NCBI GenBank assembly: GCA_037310415.1
Contig: CP147780.1
Coordinates: 320,001 to 384,000 of the forward strand
Direction: 5' to 3'
Source of the DNA: Candidatus Atabeyarchaeum deiterrae
GTDB taxonomy: Archaea; Asgardarchaeota; Atabeyarchaeia; Atabeyarchaeales; Atabeyarchaeaceae
DNA length: 64,000 nt
The position numbers were made by a program, and so were the translations under genes. Every line of letters starts with the position of its first letter. Position 1 is the stretch's first letter. Positions 49,744 through 60,044 of this stretch are shown here, one piece after another. The notes under the pieces are model-generated. The model worked only from the letters and a program-made list of their open reading frames with translations. It was not told where the DNA came from and did no database searches.

Positions 49744-50697
49744 ATGAGCGAAATAGTTGCCAGAAGGCTTGCCGAAAAGTTTGGCTATTCACGTTATCTT
49801 GTCGACAGGTACGTGGAACTTTTCGGAATTGACGGCACCACCAAGCTTCTGGAAGCAAACGAGAAGGGCCTGAAAAGGTGCATTAGATGCAATACGATTC
49901 GTGTTTCACCAGAGTACTTAGGTGACAGACTACAGAGGAAAGGATTCAAACTAGAGAGAATAAGCTGGATCCCCTACGGGTTTAGAGTATTAGAAGAACG
50001 ATTCCGCCTTGGGTCGACAACCGAGTTCCTTCTTGGGTACTATTATGTTCAAGAAGCAGCTGCCATGCTCTCGGCCCATGTTTTGGCTCCTCGCCTTGAT
50101 GATCTCGTTGTCGATCTAGGAGCCGCGCCAGGCGGGAAGACCACACAGCTAGCTCAGATAATGGAAAACAAGGGCGCTATTATCGCGATCGATCTGAATC
50201 GAAGCAGAATGAAGTCTTTGAGATCCAACCTGGCAAGGTGCGGTGTCTCGAACGTGATTGCCTACAGAATGGACGGCAAGGACTTATCTAGCCTAGATGT
50301 GGTTCCTGACAAGATCCTTCTCGATGCTCCATGCTCTTGTGATGGTGTGATTCCATTTGATCCATCCAGAAAGAAGAGTAGAGGATTGGAGGACATAATG
50401 TTCTGCTCCTCAATTCAGAAGAGGCTAATCATGGCTGCGGTCGAATGTTTAGCTCCAGGCGGAGAGATTGTCTATTCGACTTGCAGCACAGCTCCCGAGG
50501 AGAATGAACACATCATAGCCGAGGCTATTGAGAGGTTCGAGGTTGAAGTTCTGGATTTGGACTTGGGTTTCGGCGATGAGGGCCTTCGAGAAGCATTTGG
50601 CATGAGGTTTCCCGACGAACTTCGCTTGGCTCGCAGATTCTACCCTCATAGACATGGCACAGAGGGTTTCTTTGTATGCAAGTTAAGGAAAAGGTGA
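49744..50697 (+). CDS. RsmB/NOP2 RNA m5C methyltransferase
   Basis: AAPGGKT, DAPCS, YSTCS...EENE. Confidence 0.95.
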   Translation: MSEIVARRLAEKFGYSRYLVDRYVELFGIDGTTKLLEANEKGLKRCIRCNTIRVSPEYLGDRLQRKGFKLERISWIPYGFRVLEERFRLGSTTEFLLGYYYVQEAAAMLSAHVLAPRLDDLVVDLGAAPGGKTTQLAQIMENKGAIIAIDLNRSRMKSLRSNLARCGVSNVIAYRMDGKDLSSLDVVPDKILLDAPCSCDGVIPFDPSRKKSRGLEDIMFCSSIQKRLIMAAVECLAPGGEIVYSTCSTAPEENEHIIAEAIERFEVEVLDLDLGFGDEGLREAFGMRFPDELRLARRFYPHRHGTEGFFVCKLRKR

Positions 50698-50706
50698 GTC
50701 GATGAG

Positions 50707-51255
50707 ATGGCAACAATAGAGTTTCGAATAGCGACCGCCGAGGAGAAGAGAACAATTATGAAACGCATAGATGACTTGTTTGGCAAGGATGTTGCATCGA
50801 AAACGATTGGGAGTATGGAAGTCATCATGGCGAACGGGAAGCGGGTTGAACTTTTTCTGGTTCCACAGAAGGTTCTAAGTATTTTCAAAAAGACTGAAGG
50901 TAAGCATAACCCCTATTGCTTGGGAGTCTATGTTGGAGACCTCGTTAACAATGAGTTCTTACCGAGCATTGAAGGAGCCACATTGATCTCTCCTCACACG
51001 AATAGAAAAATGAGGGTCTCAATGAAAGGCGAACAGACTATTCTTTATGGCAGGGATGTCAAGCGCTCATTTGTCAAGGAAGCTCCATATGATGCACACA
51101 AGGGAGAGAGAGTTGTAATAACCAATGTCCTTGATGAAACCATAGCATTAGGAAAAATGTCAATAGATCGTAGCAAGTTCAACGGTGTTAGCAAACAGAC
51201 GCTGGTGGCAGAGAACATCATTGACAGAGGATGGTATCTCAGGGAAGGCAAGTAG
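50707..51255 (+). CDS. Nip7-like PUA-domain protein
   Basis: LYGRDV, D.GWYLR. Confidence 0.85.
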   Translation: MATIEFRIATAEEKRTIMKRIDDLFGKDVASKTIGSMEVIMANGKRVELFLVPQKVLSIFKKTEGKHNPYCLGVYVGDLVNNEFLPSIEGATLISPHTNRKMRVSMKGEQTILYGRDVKRSFVKEAPYDAHKGERVVITNVLDETIALGKMSIDRSKFNGVSKQTLVAENIIDRGWYLREGK

Positions 51256-51372
51256 TGTCAGACAGTCGGCACAATCTCATTAGGGATCTCACATTACCTT
51301 TAAGTTCAAAAGCATCATGATTATGTGTCATAAATCATGAATGAATTCTCTCGGAAGTTGGTGTCTGAATAG

Positions 51373-52140
51373 ATGGCAGGCAAAGGATCGGCATCCTCAA
51401 AAGAGGCCACTCCAAAACAAGGAGATGCGATTAGCACGGGAGACTTCGTGTTAGTTGACTACGTGGGAAGAGTCAAGGATATTGGAAACCTCTTCGACCT
51501 GACCGTTGAGGATGTCGCCAAGAAAGAGAAGGTCTACCGGGAAGACGAAGTCTATGGACCAACACTCGTAGTGGTCGGCGAAGGATTAATGCTTAAAGCC
51601 TTTGAAGAAGCCCTGACCTCAATGAGAGTTGGCGAATCTAAGACCATCGAGCTGCCGCCAGAGAAAGCGTTTGGCTCTAGAGACTCGAGCAAAGTCAAGG
51701 TTTACCCTGTGTCTGCGTTCAGAAAAAGCGACGTGAAACCGTATGTGGGTGCAAGAGTGACCGTTGAAGGCAAAACAGGAATCGTCCAAAGCACTGGTGG
51801 AGGAAGGGTTAGGGTTGACTTTAACCCCGTTCTAGCTGGGAAAACATTGACATACGAGATTACTACAAGAAGCAAAATTGTGGATGAGAAAGAGAAAATA
51901 AACGCTTTGATCAAGCGTCGGATTAGGGGTGCCGACCTAACCAAGATCAAGATAGAGAGAGAAGCCGAATCGATGTCCTTCACAATGCCTAGGGAGACGT
52001 ATCTGATTGAAGGAATTCAGCTAGCAAAGACAATGATTGCAAGAGATATATTGAAGAACATCAAAGGAATAGACTTCGTTAAGTTTGTTGAGGCTTTTGA
52101 CAAAGAAACTTTCAAGTTAAGTGGGAAGAACCCTCCTTAA
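51373..52140 (+). CDS. Long-type archaeal FKBP peptidyl-prolyl isomerase
   Basis: GDFVLVDYVG, PEKAFG.RD, VDFN..LAGKTL. Confidence 0.92.
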   Translation: MAGKGSASSKEATPKQGDAISTGDFVLVDYVGRVKDIGNLFDLTVEDVAKKEKVYREDEVYGPTLVVVGEGLMLKAFEEALTSMRVGESKTIELPPEKAFGSRDSSKVKVYPVSAFRKSDVKPYVGARVTVEGKTGIVQSTGGGRVRVDFNPVLAGKTLTYEITTRSKIVDEKEKINALIKRRIRGADLTKIKIEREAESMSFTMPRETYLIEGIQLAKTMIARDILKNIKGIDFVKFVEAFDKETFKLSGKNPP

Positions 52141-52578
52141 TTTGACCACAGCAAGTTGTTTCCCTAATTTGCACTTGCTGCCTATTCTTCCGACAACCTC
52201 TTCTATTCTGCATTTGTCCCCTTCATGTATACCTAAGGGATTACACTTCTTCTGCTCTTCGCAATCTTTGGACTCACATTTTTGGGGTACATATCTTATT
52301 ACGGCGCCAGGCACACAAGATCTACTATCCAGTGTTGACAAAACTGTTGCTTCTCTGACCTCGACTAGAGTGACTCCTGCCTCGTGAACGACGCACTTGT
52401 GAGCAATGTCCCGAGACTTGACTATTTCATACACTCTACCTGGCTCTAGTTTCTGGCAGACTTTGAAAAGCTTACACTCATTGCAGTCTTCGACGGCACC
52501 AAAGTGAAGAAATGTCAGTCCCGGTTTTGCCTGCTTCGTACCTACCAGAGTTAGGACGATCGACATCAGGGCTCTCAC
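52117..52578 (-). CDS. UPF0179 family protein
   Basis: TLVG..QAK.G..F, CNEC...VC..LE.GR.Y. Confidence 0.85.
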   Translation of the reverse strand: MRALMSIVLTLVGTKQAKPGLTFLHFGAVEDCNECKLFKVCQKLEPGRVYEIVKSRDIAHKCVVHEAGVTLVEVREATVLSTLDSRSCVPGAVIRYVPQKCESKDCEEQKKCNPLGIHEGDKCRIEEVVGRIGSKCKLGKQLAVVKLRRVLPT

Positions 52579-52657
52579 TCTTTGTTAGAAAACATGATCC
52601 AGCACATATTCTTCTCCCGCAAGAGGAAAGAGAGTTTCGCAAGAACATGCTCTCTGC

Positions 52658-53710
52658 TTAAATCACGCCTGTATCCTTTGCAAGTCTTCTTGCGGCCTCT
52701 TCTGTTAGTCCTTTCTCCCCCAGAATCGTATAGCGATCAGGTCTAGTAGTATGAGCTATGTGTAGCGCCTCTACTATTAAATCGTCATCGATTCCGAGTT
52801 CACATGCTGTTGTTGGCGCTCGGATGGTTCTAAGCGCCTTTTTTATCTTCATATAGTCCCCGCCATGTAAGTGTTCCATCATTATTGTGCCTACTCCGCA
52901 CTGCATTCCATGCAGAGCTGGCTTCGGAGCTATTCTGTCTAGCGCGTGGCTAAACATGTGCTCTGATCCGCTGGCGGGTCTACTGTTGCCGGCTATGCAC
53001 ATGGATATTCCACTTGAGATTAGCGCTTCCAGGATTACTCGACAACCTGCTTCGGTTCTCTCCTGGATCAATAGTCTGTTCCTCATGATAACGGCGGCGC
53101 TAAGCTTGGCAATGGACGCAGCGTACTCGCCGTAGTATTCATTTCGAAGCTTGTATGCCAGCTTCCAGTCTTTCACGGCAGTCCAGTTGGCAACTGCGTC
53201 CCCACATCCTGCAACTAGCAATTCGTCAGGAGCCTCCATTATCACTTCAGTGTCAGCGATTATGCTCATTGGTGCGTGGGCTTTCATTGAATATGGTTTG
53301 TCTATCCCTTTGACTGAGGCCTGAGGAGAGGCAACACCATCATGAGAAGCAGCGGTGGGAATGCTTACAAAAGGTATATGCTCGTTAAATGAAGAGAGTT
53401 TGGCCACATCTATGCTTCTTCCTCCGCCAACTCCCAGCACCACACCAGCACCTATTCCTCTTATTCTTTGCTGAGCCTTACTGACGGTCTCTGTGTCTGC
53501 TGCTTCGATTATCAGGACATCGACTTTGTAAGTCTCATCTTCAAGTGATTCTTTGGCCTTTCTCCCTCCAACTTTCATCGTGATCTCGTCGGCTACTACG
53601 AGTGCAGGTCCTTGCAGGCCGAGTTCCTTGCAAGTTGTTCCTGTGGACTCCAGGACATTCCGTCCAATTATGACGTGTCTAGGCAACTGTATTTGATGAA
53701 AAGGGAGCAT
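52658..53710 (-). CDS. egsA: sn-glycerol-1-phosphate dehydrogenase
   Basis: GGGRSIDVAK, PTAASHDG, SRPASGSEH, HG, RYTILG. Confidence 0.95.
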   Translation of the reverse strand: MLPFHQIQLPRHVIIGRNVLESTGTTCKELGLQGPALVVADEITMKVGGRKAKESLEDETYKVDVLIIEAADTETVSKAQQRIRGIGAGVVLGVGGGRSIDVAKLSSFNEHIPFVSIPTAASHDGVASPQASVKGIDKPYSMKAHAPMSIIADTEVIMEAPDELLVAGCGDAVANWTAVKDWKLAYKLRNEYYGEYAASIAKLSAAVIMRNRLLIQERTEAGCRVILEALISSGISMCIAGNSRPASGSEHMFSHALDRIAPKPALHGMQCGVGTIMMEHLHGGDYMKIKKALRTIRAPTTACELGIDDDLIVEALHIAHTTRPDRYTILGEKGLTEEAARRLAKDTGVI

Positions 53711-53974
53711 CTCTAGTTTATTCCCCCTTGGATCGAAGAACGTATCAGGGAAAACCAAAGTACAAGATCAATGTTTAGCTATTAATCAATTTGGTCAGAC
53801 AGCTGTTATACTCACTGCAAGTGACAAATGTGCCAGTGAAGCACTGATATGCACCTGCAAAGATAATGTCATAACACGAAATACTTAAATAGCGGTTAGC
53901 TTCCTTTCAAGCTGTCACTGTGAAGCTCAGACGTTTTGTTTTAATACCTTCTCTCTCATTTTGGAGAGTGTGAC

Positions 53975-54658
53975 TTGTCGATGTTAAAGAACGCGAGGGA
54001 GAATACTCCAGACCACATATTGAAGGGAACCACAACTGTCGGTGTCACGTGCAAGGATGGAGTCGTTTTGGCTACCGACAGAAGAGCGACCATGGGATTC
54101 TACGTTGCTTCAAAAACTGCGAAGAAGCTCTTCAGGATAGATGACCATGTAGCTGCCACCATTGCTGGATCGGTCGCAGATGCCCAGAGAGTAATCGACA
54201 GCCTGCAGGCTGAAGCTGGTATATTTAAGATCAGGAATGGTGTGCCCATGCGTGTCAAAGCTGTCGCGAATTTGCTTTCGGCGATTCTTTTCGAGGCAAG
54301 ATTGTACCCTTACTTCATGGAGGCTGTTATCGGCGGAGTAGATGGCTCGGGTTCGCAGCTATACGATCTTGATCCTGTGGGCAGCCTGATCCAAGAGAAG
54401 TTCTTGGCTACAGGGAGCGGGGGACCAATAGCGTACGGCTTGCTGGAGGACTCCTATTCTGATGATCTCAGTGTAAAGGACTGCATACAGTTGGTGATTA
54501 GGGCCACAAGATCATCAATGGAGAGGGATGCTGCTTCTGGGAATGGTTTTGACGTGGCTTACATAACAGACACAGGTTATCACGAACTGTCTGAAGGCGA
54601 AGTCAGGAAGGTCATCGAGGAACTCAGTGCGAAGAGAAAGAAGACTCACTCATCTTAG
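53975..54658 (+). CDS. psmB: Proteasome beta subunit
   Basis: Propeptide..KG|TTTVG, AGSVAD, TGSG, RDAASG. Confidence 0.96.
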   Translation: MSMLKNARENTPDHILKGTTTVGVTCKDGVVLATDRRATMGFYVASKTAKKLFRIDDHVAATIAGSVADAQRVIDSLQAEAGIFKIRNGVPMRVKAVANLLSAILFEARLYPYFMEAVIGGVDGSGSQLYDLDPVGSLIQEKFLATGSGGPIAYGLLEDSYSDDLSVKDCIQLVIRATRSSMERDAASGNGFDVAYITDTGYHELSEGEVRKVIEELSAKRKKTHSS

Positions 54659-54720
54659 ACTTCTTCTGATCTGAGTAGTTTAACCTTGAACACTTAGTAA
54701 CCAGCTGGAAGGAATGCATA

Positions 54721-56628
54721 ATGTCGCTACAAGATGCGTTAAATGATATTAGGCAAACCATAACGCAAGGGTTGCCTAGCTCAGCAATGGTCAGTAGTGT
54801 TGAATTCGAAGGACCAGAGATAGCAGTATACTCAAAGAACCCGAAGGTCTTGCTCGAAGACGGGGGGTTCGTTAAGGAGCTGGCAAGAAAGCTAAGGAAA
54901 AGGATTGTATTACGCTTTGACCCGAACGTTCGCTCAAAAAAGGAGGAGGCGGAGAAGAAAGTCCGGGAGATTGTACCTACGGAAGCAGAGATAACTAGAA
55001 TATACTTTGACGAAAACGTTGGCGAAGTTATAATAGAAGCCAAGAAGCCCGGACTTGTGATAGGCCGAAATGGCAATACGCTCAGTGAGATAACTAAGCT
55101 GACCTACTGGAGACCATCGGTTCTCAGAACTCCTCCCCTTGAATCAAGAACTGTAATGCAGATCTCCAACATAATGCAGAAGGAAAGCGAAAGAAGAAAG
55201 CAGATATTGAAGCATGTTGGACAGAGAATCTACAGAACCCCAGTGATGAAGAATGAATGGGTACGCGTGACGGCGCTTGGTGGATTTAGAGAAGTAGGCA
55301 GGACAGCCATCCTCATGCAGACCCACGAAAGCTCTGTCTTGATTGACTGCGGTGTAAATGTGGGTAGCACGGAGCACGCATTTCCGAAGCTATCGGTAAA
55401 TGAGTTCAACATAGACGAGTTGGATGCCGTAATTATCACGCACGCTCACATCGATCACTCGGGCTACCTTCCATTTCTCTACAAGTATGGTTACAAAGGA
55501 CCTGTTTACTGCACGAAAGCTACAAAGAATCTCATGACACTTCTTCAATTGGACTACTTGGATGTCGCAGAACGTGAAGGGAAACTTCTACCTTATGGCC
55601 CCAAGGATGTAAGAGAGACTGTCCTTCACACAGTTCCACTAGATTATGGAGAAGTGACGGACATATCTCCTGACATAAGACTGACACTTCACAACGCGGG
55701 GCATATCTTAGGAAGCGCGATAGTGCATCTCCATATAGGAGACGGGCTGTACAATATGGCGTACACGGGTGACTTCAAGTATGCCAGAACGAGACTTCTT
55801 GAACCAGCAAACGCGAACTTCCCAAGACTTGAGACTTTAATAATGGAGTCCACTTACGGAGGACAGAATGATGTGATGCCTCCAAGAAACAGAACCGAGG
55901 AGCAATTAGCAAGGATCATTAAAGAGACCTTCGCCAAGCGTGGAAAGGTGCTGGTTCCGGTGCTTGCAGTCGGAAGGGCACAAGAACTGATTGTAGTATT
56001 GGAGGAATTGGTGCGGAGAAGAGTCATTGATGAAGTCCCAATATATATCGATGGGATGACATCCGAGGCTACTGCTATCCATACGACGCACCCAGAGCTC
56101 TTAGCTCGAGATTTGAGAGAGAGGATCTTCCACCAAGGTCACAACCCATTTCTAGCAGAGTACTTTGTCAAAGTTGAGAGTAACGAAGCTAGAACAGACA
56201 TAGTGAGTGGAGAGCCTTGCATTGTAATAGCTGCATCTGGCATGTTGACGGGTGGCCCGAGCGTAGAATACTTTAGACTAATGGCACATGATGAAAGAAA
56301 CTCCATGATATTCGTAAGTTATCAAGTTGAAGGAACTCTGGGACGAAGAGTACAGAAAGGCTGGCATGAAATACCTATGCAGCTGAGAGACGGAAGAACC
56401 GAAGTTGTCAATGTGAAAATGAGAGTCGAAACTGTCGAGGGATTCTCAGGACACTCCGACCGCAAGCAACTGTTGAGCTTCGTTCGTCAAGTCACACCAA
56501 GACCTGAGAGGATAATCCTCTGCCATGGAGAAAGCAGCAAGTGCTCAAGTCTCGCCCAAGCGATACATGTGCAGAATAGAATCGAAACAAAAGTGCCGCA
56601 GGTTCTTGAATCTGTTAGGTTAAAGTAG
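54721..56628 (+). CDS. fttA: aCPSF1/FttA KH + beta-CASP ribonuclease
   Basis: EFEGP, HAHIDH, AGHILG, ESTYG, FSGHSD. Confidence 0.95.
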   Translation: MSLQDALNDIRQTITQGLPSSAMVSSVEFEGPEIAVYSKNPKVLLEDGGFVKELARKLRKRIVLRFDPNVRSKKEEAEKKVREIVPTEAEITRIYFDENVGEVIIEAKKPGLVIGRNGNTLSEITKLTYWRPSVLRTPPLESRTVMQISNIMQKESERRKQILKHVGQRIYRTPVMKNEWVRVTALGGFREVGRTAILMQTHESSVLIDCGVNVGSTEHAFPKLSVNEFNIDELDAVIITHAHIDHSGYLPFLYKYGYKGPVYCTKATKNLMTLLQLDYLDVAEREGKLLPYGPKDVRETVLHTVPLDYGEVTDISPDIRLTLHNAGHILGSAIVHLHIGDGLYNMAYTGDFKYARTRLLEPANANFPRLETLIMESTYGGQNDVMPPRNRTEEQLARIIKETFAKRGKVLVPVLAVGRAQELIVVLEELVRRRVIDEVPIYIDGMTSEATAIHTTHPELLARDLRERIFHQGHNPFLAEYFVKVESNEARTDIVSGEPCIVIAASGMLTGGPSVEYFRLMAHDERNSMIFVSYQVEGTLGRRVQKGWHEIPMQLRDGRTEVVNVKMRVETVEGFSGHSDRKQLLSFVRQVTPRPERIILCHGESSKCSSLAQAIHVQNRIETKVPQVLESVRLK

Positions 56629-56659
56629 AGTCGATCTTCTGGCTTGGCTGGACTATTGA

Positions 56660-57076
56660 TTATTGTGTTGAGCTCTTTTTAGAGATTCTAACGAAAGATG
56701 GTGTGACAACAATATAGTCTTGTCCGAGCTGAGCTATGTCGCCGCCAATACTTCTGCAAGCCCCCCTCAATTGGTCCACAACTCTCTTGAGTTCTCTGTT
56801 CTGTCCGTATTGCATGCGACCCACGTATACTATGACTATGTTGCCCTTCTCCAGCTCGTCTAAGACTTGTTGGATGTTTGACAGGCTCTGGAGGTCTATG
56901 GATTTTATGTATATTACATCAGACTCCTCCGAGGATCCGGCGCCTTTATCAGACTCATCTTCGAGAACGCCAACTTTCTTCTTCAATTCATCTATGTCGA
57001 TTAGTTCCGAGTCCCCGCTGTTCTTCTCTCCTTCTTTATCTTCCTTCTTACCTCTTAGAAAATGAGGTAAAGGCAA
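56660..57076 (-). CDS. sepF: SepF-family cell division protein
   Basis: GNIVIV, ELKRVVDQL, GGDIA, IVVTP. Confidence 0.9.
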   Translation of the reverse strand: MPLPHFLRGKKEDKEGEKNSGDSELIDIDELKKKVGVLEDESDKGAGSSEESDVIYIKSIDLQSLSNIQQVLDELEKGNIVIVYVGRMQYGQNRELKRVVDQLRGACRSIGGDIAQLGQDYIVVTPSFVRISKKSSTQ

Positions 57077-57220
57077 TAGTTATCGAACCCCCAGATACCA
57101 CTATCTTCAATCTATTGTTTTGCCGCTATTAGAAGTTTGTTATCGCCAATTCATAATTCGCACATATAGCTTGTTAAGGGTTCTTAAGTCAGGCTTGGCG
57201 CATTTTCACTCTGAACGTCT

Positions 57221-57739
57221 CTACAGAGTTTTGGTAAAGTTCCAGATCTTGTCTCCTACATAGTGCAGGTTTCTAACTACTTTGCCTGACTCGGCTTCCC
57301 GCATGGCATCTGCGTCCATAAGACTCATCCCTACGCAAATCGGCTTGGCGTTTTTCTCGTCTGAAACAACGACGATCCGATCTGCTTTTGTCGCAGGGTC
57401 AATACTCTTCACCCCAGGTCTGAAAACGTCAGCGCCATTGCAGATGTGCGGGACAGCTTTCATGTCCACAGTGACTCTGGGAAGAGGCAAGTCTGTTCTG
57501 AGAATAAGCACCAAAAGAGGGATGGCAAGCTGATCCTTTCCCACAAGAAACGCAGGTTCACCATTTACGGTGAAGATCTCTCCCTCTTGCAACGAAAAAC
57601 CTTCCACCTTGCATCCTTGCGGAAGCAGAATCCAGCTAAGACCAAGAGTTTCTTGTATCTTTTTCCGTAGATCTTTGATTTCACTTTTCCTAAGTGATCT
57701 ACCCATCTTCGAAAGCCTCATGCTCGGTGGATCTTCCAC
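57221..57739 (-). CDS. DUF1947/PUA (MCT-1-like) RNA-binding protein
   Basis: VDMKAVPHICNGADVFRPG, LHYVGD. Confidence 0.9.
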   Translation of the reverse strand: MEDPPSMRLSKMGRSLRKSEIKDLRKKIQETLGLSWILLPQGCKVEGFSLQEGEIFTVNGEPAFLVGKDQLAIPLLVLILRTDLPLPRVTVDMKAVPHICNGADVFRPGVKSIDPATKADRIVVVSDEKNAKPICVGMSLMDADAMREAESGKVVRNLHYVGDKIWNFTKTL

Positions 57740-57874
57740 ATCTTCAGGCTATCTTTCTGTGAATATATAATCGTGCGCCCTATTGAGGTTAGATGACTTA
57801 GGAAGATTTAAATAGTTTATATCATGCTACTCAATTTGCAATCATGCTTTCAGCAAAGGTGTGTGCTAGGAATT

Positions 57875-58105
57875 ATGAGTCAGCAGAAACCGCCCGACCT
57901 CCTTCAGAGATCACTTGATTCCAATGTCTTGGTCAAGCTAAAAGGTGGGCGAGAGATCCGTGGAAAACTGCGTGGTTTCGACATGCATATGAACCTTGTT
58001 TTGGAAGAAGCAGTAGAGATAGTCGACGAGAATAACGCAAAGAAGCTCGGAGCTATCGTTGTCAGAGGAGATAACGTGATAATGATAAGCCCGCCGCCAA
58101 GGTGA
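57875..58105 (+). CDS. Sm-like archaeal protein (SmAP1)
   Basis: G.LRGFD.HMNLVL, RGDNV. Confidence 0.95.
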   Translation: MSQQKPPDLLQRSLDSNVLVKLKGGREIRGKLRGFDMHMNLVLEEAVEIVDENNAKKLGAIVVRGDNVIMISPPPR

Positions 58106-58111
58106 GCATGA

Positions 58112-58297
58112 ATGACAAAGGGCACGCCAAGTTTCGGCAGGATACACAAGAAGGAGCACATAAGATGCCGAAGATGTGGTCGTAGAGCATACCACATTCG
58201 TAAGAAGCGATGCGCGGCCTGCGGCTACGGAAGATCAAGCAAGACTAGGAAATACGACTGGCAGAACAAGAACGTGAACAGCAAGAGACTGGTATGA
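58112..58297 (+). CDS. rpl37e: 50S ribosomal protein L37e
   Basis: [21 protein letters not shown]. Confidence 0.97.
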   Translation: MTKGTPSFGRIHKKEHIRCRRCGRRAYHIRKKRCAACGYGRSSKTRKYDWQNKNVNSKRLV

Positions 58298-58417
58298 TTG
58301 GCTCTTGAAGCTTAGCAGGATTTATTAAGAACGCAGCGTTCTAAATTTATCATATTTGGACGTAGAACGTGCAGGCTTCTCGATTCACTTCTCAATCAGT
58401 ATTTCCAAGAATATAGT

Positions 58418-58525
58418 GGGCCGGTAGCTCAGTTTGGAAGAGCGCCACGTTGGCATCGTGGAGATCCCTAGAAATATCGAAGAAGGGGCCATAAGTCGCG
58501 AGTTCAAATCTCGCCCGGTCCACCA
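58418..58525 (+). tRNA. tRNA-Ala(GGC) with a 31-nt intron at 45/46 (58464-58494)
   Basis: G3:U70 pair, CCACG-TTGGCAT-CGTGG; BHB helix GTGG/CCAT, bulges AG|A and AA|G. Confidence 0.93.
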
Positions 58526-58609
58526 CTAATCCTTTGATGAAACAAAGTCCACACGTGCCAATGCCCTCGAAATGTCCTGGAGAATTAAAGATGGGTCACT
58601 CAGAGGAAT

Positions 58610-58774
58610 TGGTGGGCGGGGCCGGATTTGAACCGGCGATTCGGCGCTAATGGGGGTTTTTTCCCAATAACCTCACCGCCGTGTCTACCCGGAGAAGAAC
58701 AGGCAGAAACAATCAGGAATCTGCCAAGCACTTTCTCCTCAGGGCGGTATCATAACGAACTAGACCACCCGCCC
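58610..58774 (-). tRNA. tRNA-Val(GAC) with two introns: 34/35 (58685-58739) and 46/47 (58640-58672)
   Basis: GGGCGGG/CCCGCCC acceptor; BHB GCCC/GGGT rebuilds the CT-GAC-AC loop; BHB CGGT/GCCG rebuilds TGATC; 77 nt with CCA. Confidence 0.9.
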
Positions 58775-58935
58775 GTTCTGAGAATCTCATGGTTTTATTC
58801 CTATATATTGTTTTTCGGTCCTCGTTTAGGTCTTTGAGCTACCAAGCTCATGCCCAATCCAACCAAAAATGTTTATTTAGGTGACACAGGAGAATGGTTT
58901 ACGTGCCTGAGAAAGTTTGATGAAGATGAACAGAA

Positions 58936-59538
58936 ATGTCACCCAAAATTAATCTGAGAGAAAGAGCCAAGATGATGTTTGCAGCGATTGTCATTGGAAT
59001 AACCGTGATGATACAGATCATTGGTGCCACCTACGTAAAAGTAGTAGTAGATATCCTCACACTCATCTATTTGATAAGTATTTTCATCCTTGCCCTCCTT
59101 CCTGTAGGAGTGGCATTGCTAGGAGTCGGAGTAACAGTTGTTGTGCAAGTTGCCATTGCCCTGCACACCGAAGTTGCTCTCAATGTGGCGAGCGTCTACA
59201 TCCTTGCTTTGGTTCCAATAGGCTCAACACTCGTACTGGTTGCAACCGAGTTCATCATAGCAGAAGCGATCCATCGACGGTTTACCGTCGAAGAGAAGAA
59301 GACTGCAAAGTTGAAATCAAGCAGAAAGGGAACACTGAAGACTGCCCTTGGAAATCTTGGTACAGCATGGATGCTTTCAGCTGCCATGGTCATCATAGTC
59401 ACTGGCACATTCTACTCATACGCAGTTGCGGCAATGAGCGGAACTGCTATTCCAAACTACATGAGTCTTGTTTTAGGTGAAAGCGCCACCATTGTAGTCC
59501 TATCGGTGATCGCGACTATTTTTAGGAGATTAATGTAG
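58936..59538 (+). CDS. Hypothetical multi-pass membrane protein
   Basis: About 5-6 hydrophobic segments. Confidence 0.7.
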   Translation: MSPKINLRERAKMMFAAIVIGITVMIQIIGATYVKVVVDILTLIYLISIFILALLPVGVALLGVGVTVVVQVAIALHTEVALNVASVYILALVPIGSTLVLVATEFIIAEAIHRRFTVEEKKTAKLKSSRKGTLKTALGNLGTAWMLSAAMVIIVTGTFYSYAVAAMSGTAIPNYMSLVLGESATIVVLSVIATIFRRLM

Positions 59539-59719
59539 GAAAGAACGATGGTGAATTCAGCACGCTAGACTCACCATGAACCGACTCATAAGAGAAGGAT
59601 TCATCTCAAAGTTCATACCTGTAATGCACAAAGATACTCTTTCCTTCCACATTGAAACGACCTGCCTGAGAAAAACTTAAAAGAAACAGATCTTGTATAG
59701 ACTTTACCGACAAGTCAGT

Positions 59720-59888
59720 GCCGCGGTAGCTCAGACCGGGAGAAGTTGCGCACTTCACCCGATAGCGCCGGTCACATGGGGAAGACCTGTGATCCCCGTC
59801 GTGGGCGAGACTGAAGATCCGGTTGTCGCAGGAGGATATCCCGACATACTCGGGTGTCCTGCGATTTCAAATCCCGCCCGCGGCACCA
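59720..59888 (+). tRNA. tRNA-Phe(GAA) with three introns: 22/23 (59743-59763), 30/31 (59772-59809), 53/54 (59833-59865)
   Basis: GCCGCGG/CCGCGGC acceptor; BHB helices CGGG/CCCG, CGCC/GGCG, CGCA/TGCG; 77 nt with CCA. Confidence 0.92.
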
Positions 59889-60044
59889 ACTTATCCGGTA
59901 GTTTTTCCGATGATTCAAGACTAGGATTTGTACCTCCAGTACCGGGACTTTCGTTCGAGCTTCGCAGGTTTCTTGGGGGGATAATGATTTAAGTTCTGCT
60001 GGAGGGTTCTTAGTTCTTCGTATACAATTGATTTTCAGATCAAG

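Noticed and set aside
58774-59720. Membrane protein gene between tRNAs as an integrated element
   Set aside because: No integrase, att duplication or terminal repeats seen
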